Of a stretch of DNA of 64,000 bases, positions 63,772-64,000 are shown one piece after another. A program made the position numbers and the translations under genes. The notes under the pieces were generated by a model. That model did not search any database. It was given only the letters and a program-made list of their open reading frames with translations, and was not told the origin of the DNA. How positions within the stretch are numbered: the first letter of the stretch is position 1; each line of letters opens with the position of its first letter. Origin of the DNA: Bdellovibrionales bacterium (GTDB lineage: Bacteria; Bdellovibrionota; Bdellovibrionia; Bdellovibrionales; UBA1609); contig CBDHDF010000007.1 of the NCBI GenBank assembly GCA_965261545.1, positions 256,001 to 320,000 on the forward strand, read 5' to 3'.

Positions 63772-64000
63772 TCTTGCGATAAAGTTGCAATGTGTCTTAC
63801 CATAAAATGGTGGGGGGGCGATGTTGGCAGGATGACTTACAAAGCAAGGATGTTTTGGCATCGTCCTTTTTTTTATCCCACAGATTTTCTTTTCTTTATT
63901 TCATTTTCATCTCTATTTCTTATAGTGGTCTCTTTAGTTATGATGGAGCGACTACCACATACACCTTAACTACAACTGCGAATGCACTCAAGTTACTTCT

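Noticed and set aside
1..64000. rRNA, tRNA, cas genes, prophage or reverse-transcriptase genes
   Set aside because: None recognised by eye in the sequence or the ORF track.

Overview
About two thirds of this window is insertion-sequence DNA. Two IS-saturated blocks (about 1-30.3 kb and 54.2-63.6 kb) flank an island of ordinary chromosomal genes: GIY-YIG nuclease, lpxD, maiA, cpoB-like, pal, ilvA, rsmD-coaD-aspC and a two-component/Hpt cluster. That gene set suggests Bdellovibrionota (inference only). Terminal repeats and target-site duplications (TSDs) resolve nested IS66, IS110, IS21 (three types), IS4-like (three types), IS1634 (two types), ISL3, ISKra4 and ISNCY-like elements, and show that 23217-59772 is inverted (five TSDs split into opposite orientations). 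The main system is a 1705-bp IS110 element in six copies, sitting in both terminal inverted repeats (TIRs) of one IS66. Its 409-nt non-coding left end can fold into a ~187-nt bridge-RNA-like structure whose loop sequences match the IS66 TIR target and the element's own junction. Each insertion regenerates the target, which would explain the tandem arrays. Other notable items: a ~98-bp covarying DnaA-box hairpin shared by ISL3 and two IS21 elements, a 103-bp IS66 MITE, an IS4 carrying a SEC-C passenger gene, a DUF4338-IS4 fusion, 177- and 248-bp IS1634 TSDs, and a TIR-bounded cassette carrying an Rpn nuclease. Several homopolymer frameshifts may be long-read assembly errors. All folds and family assignments were made by eye, without computation.
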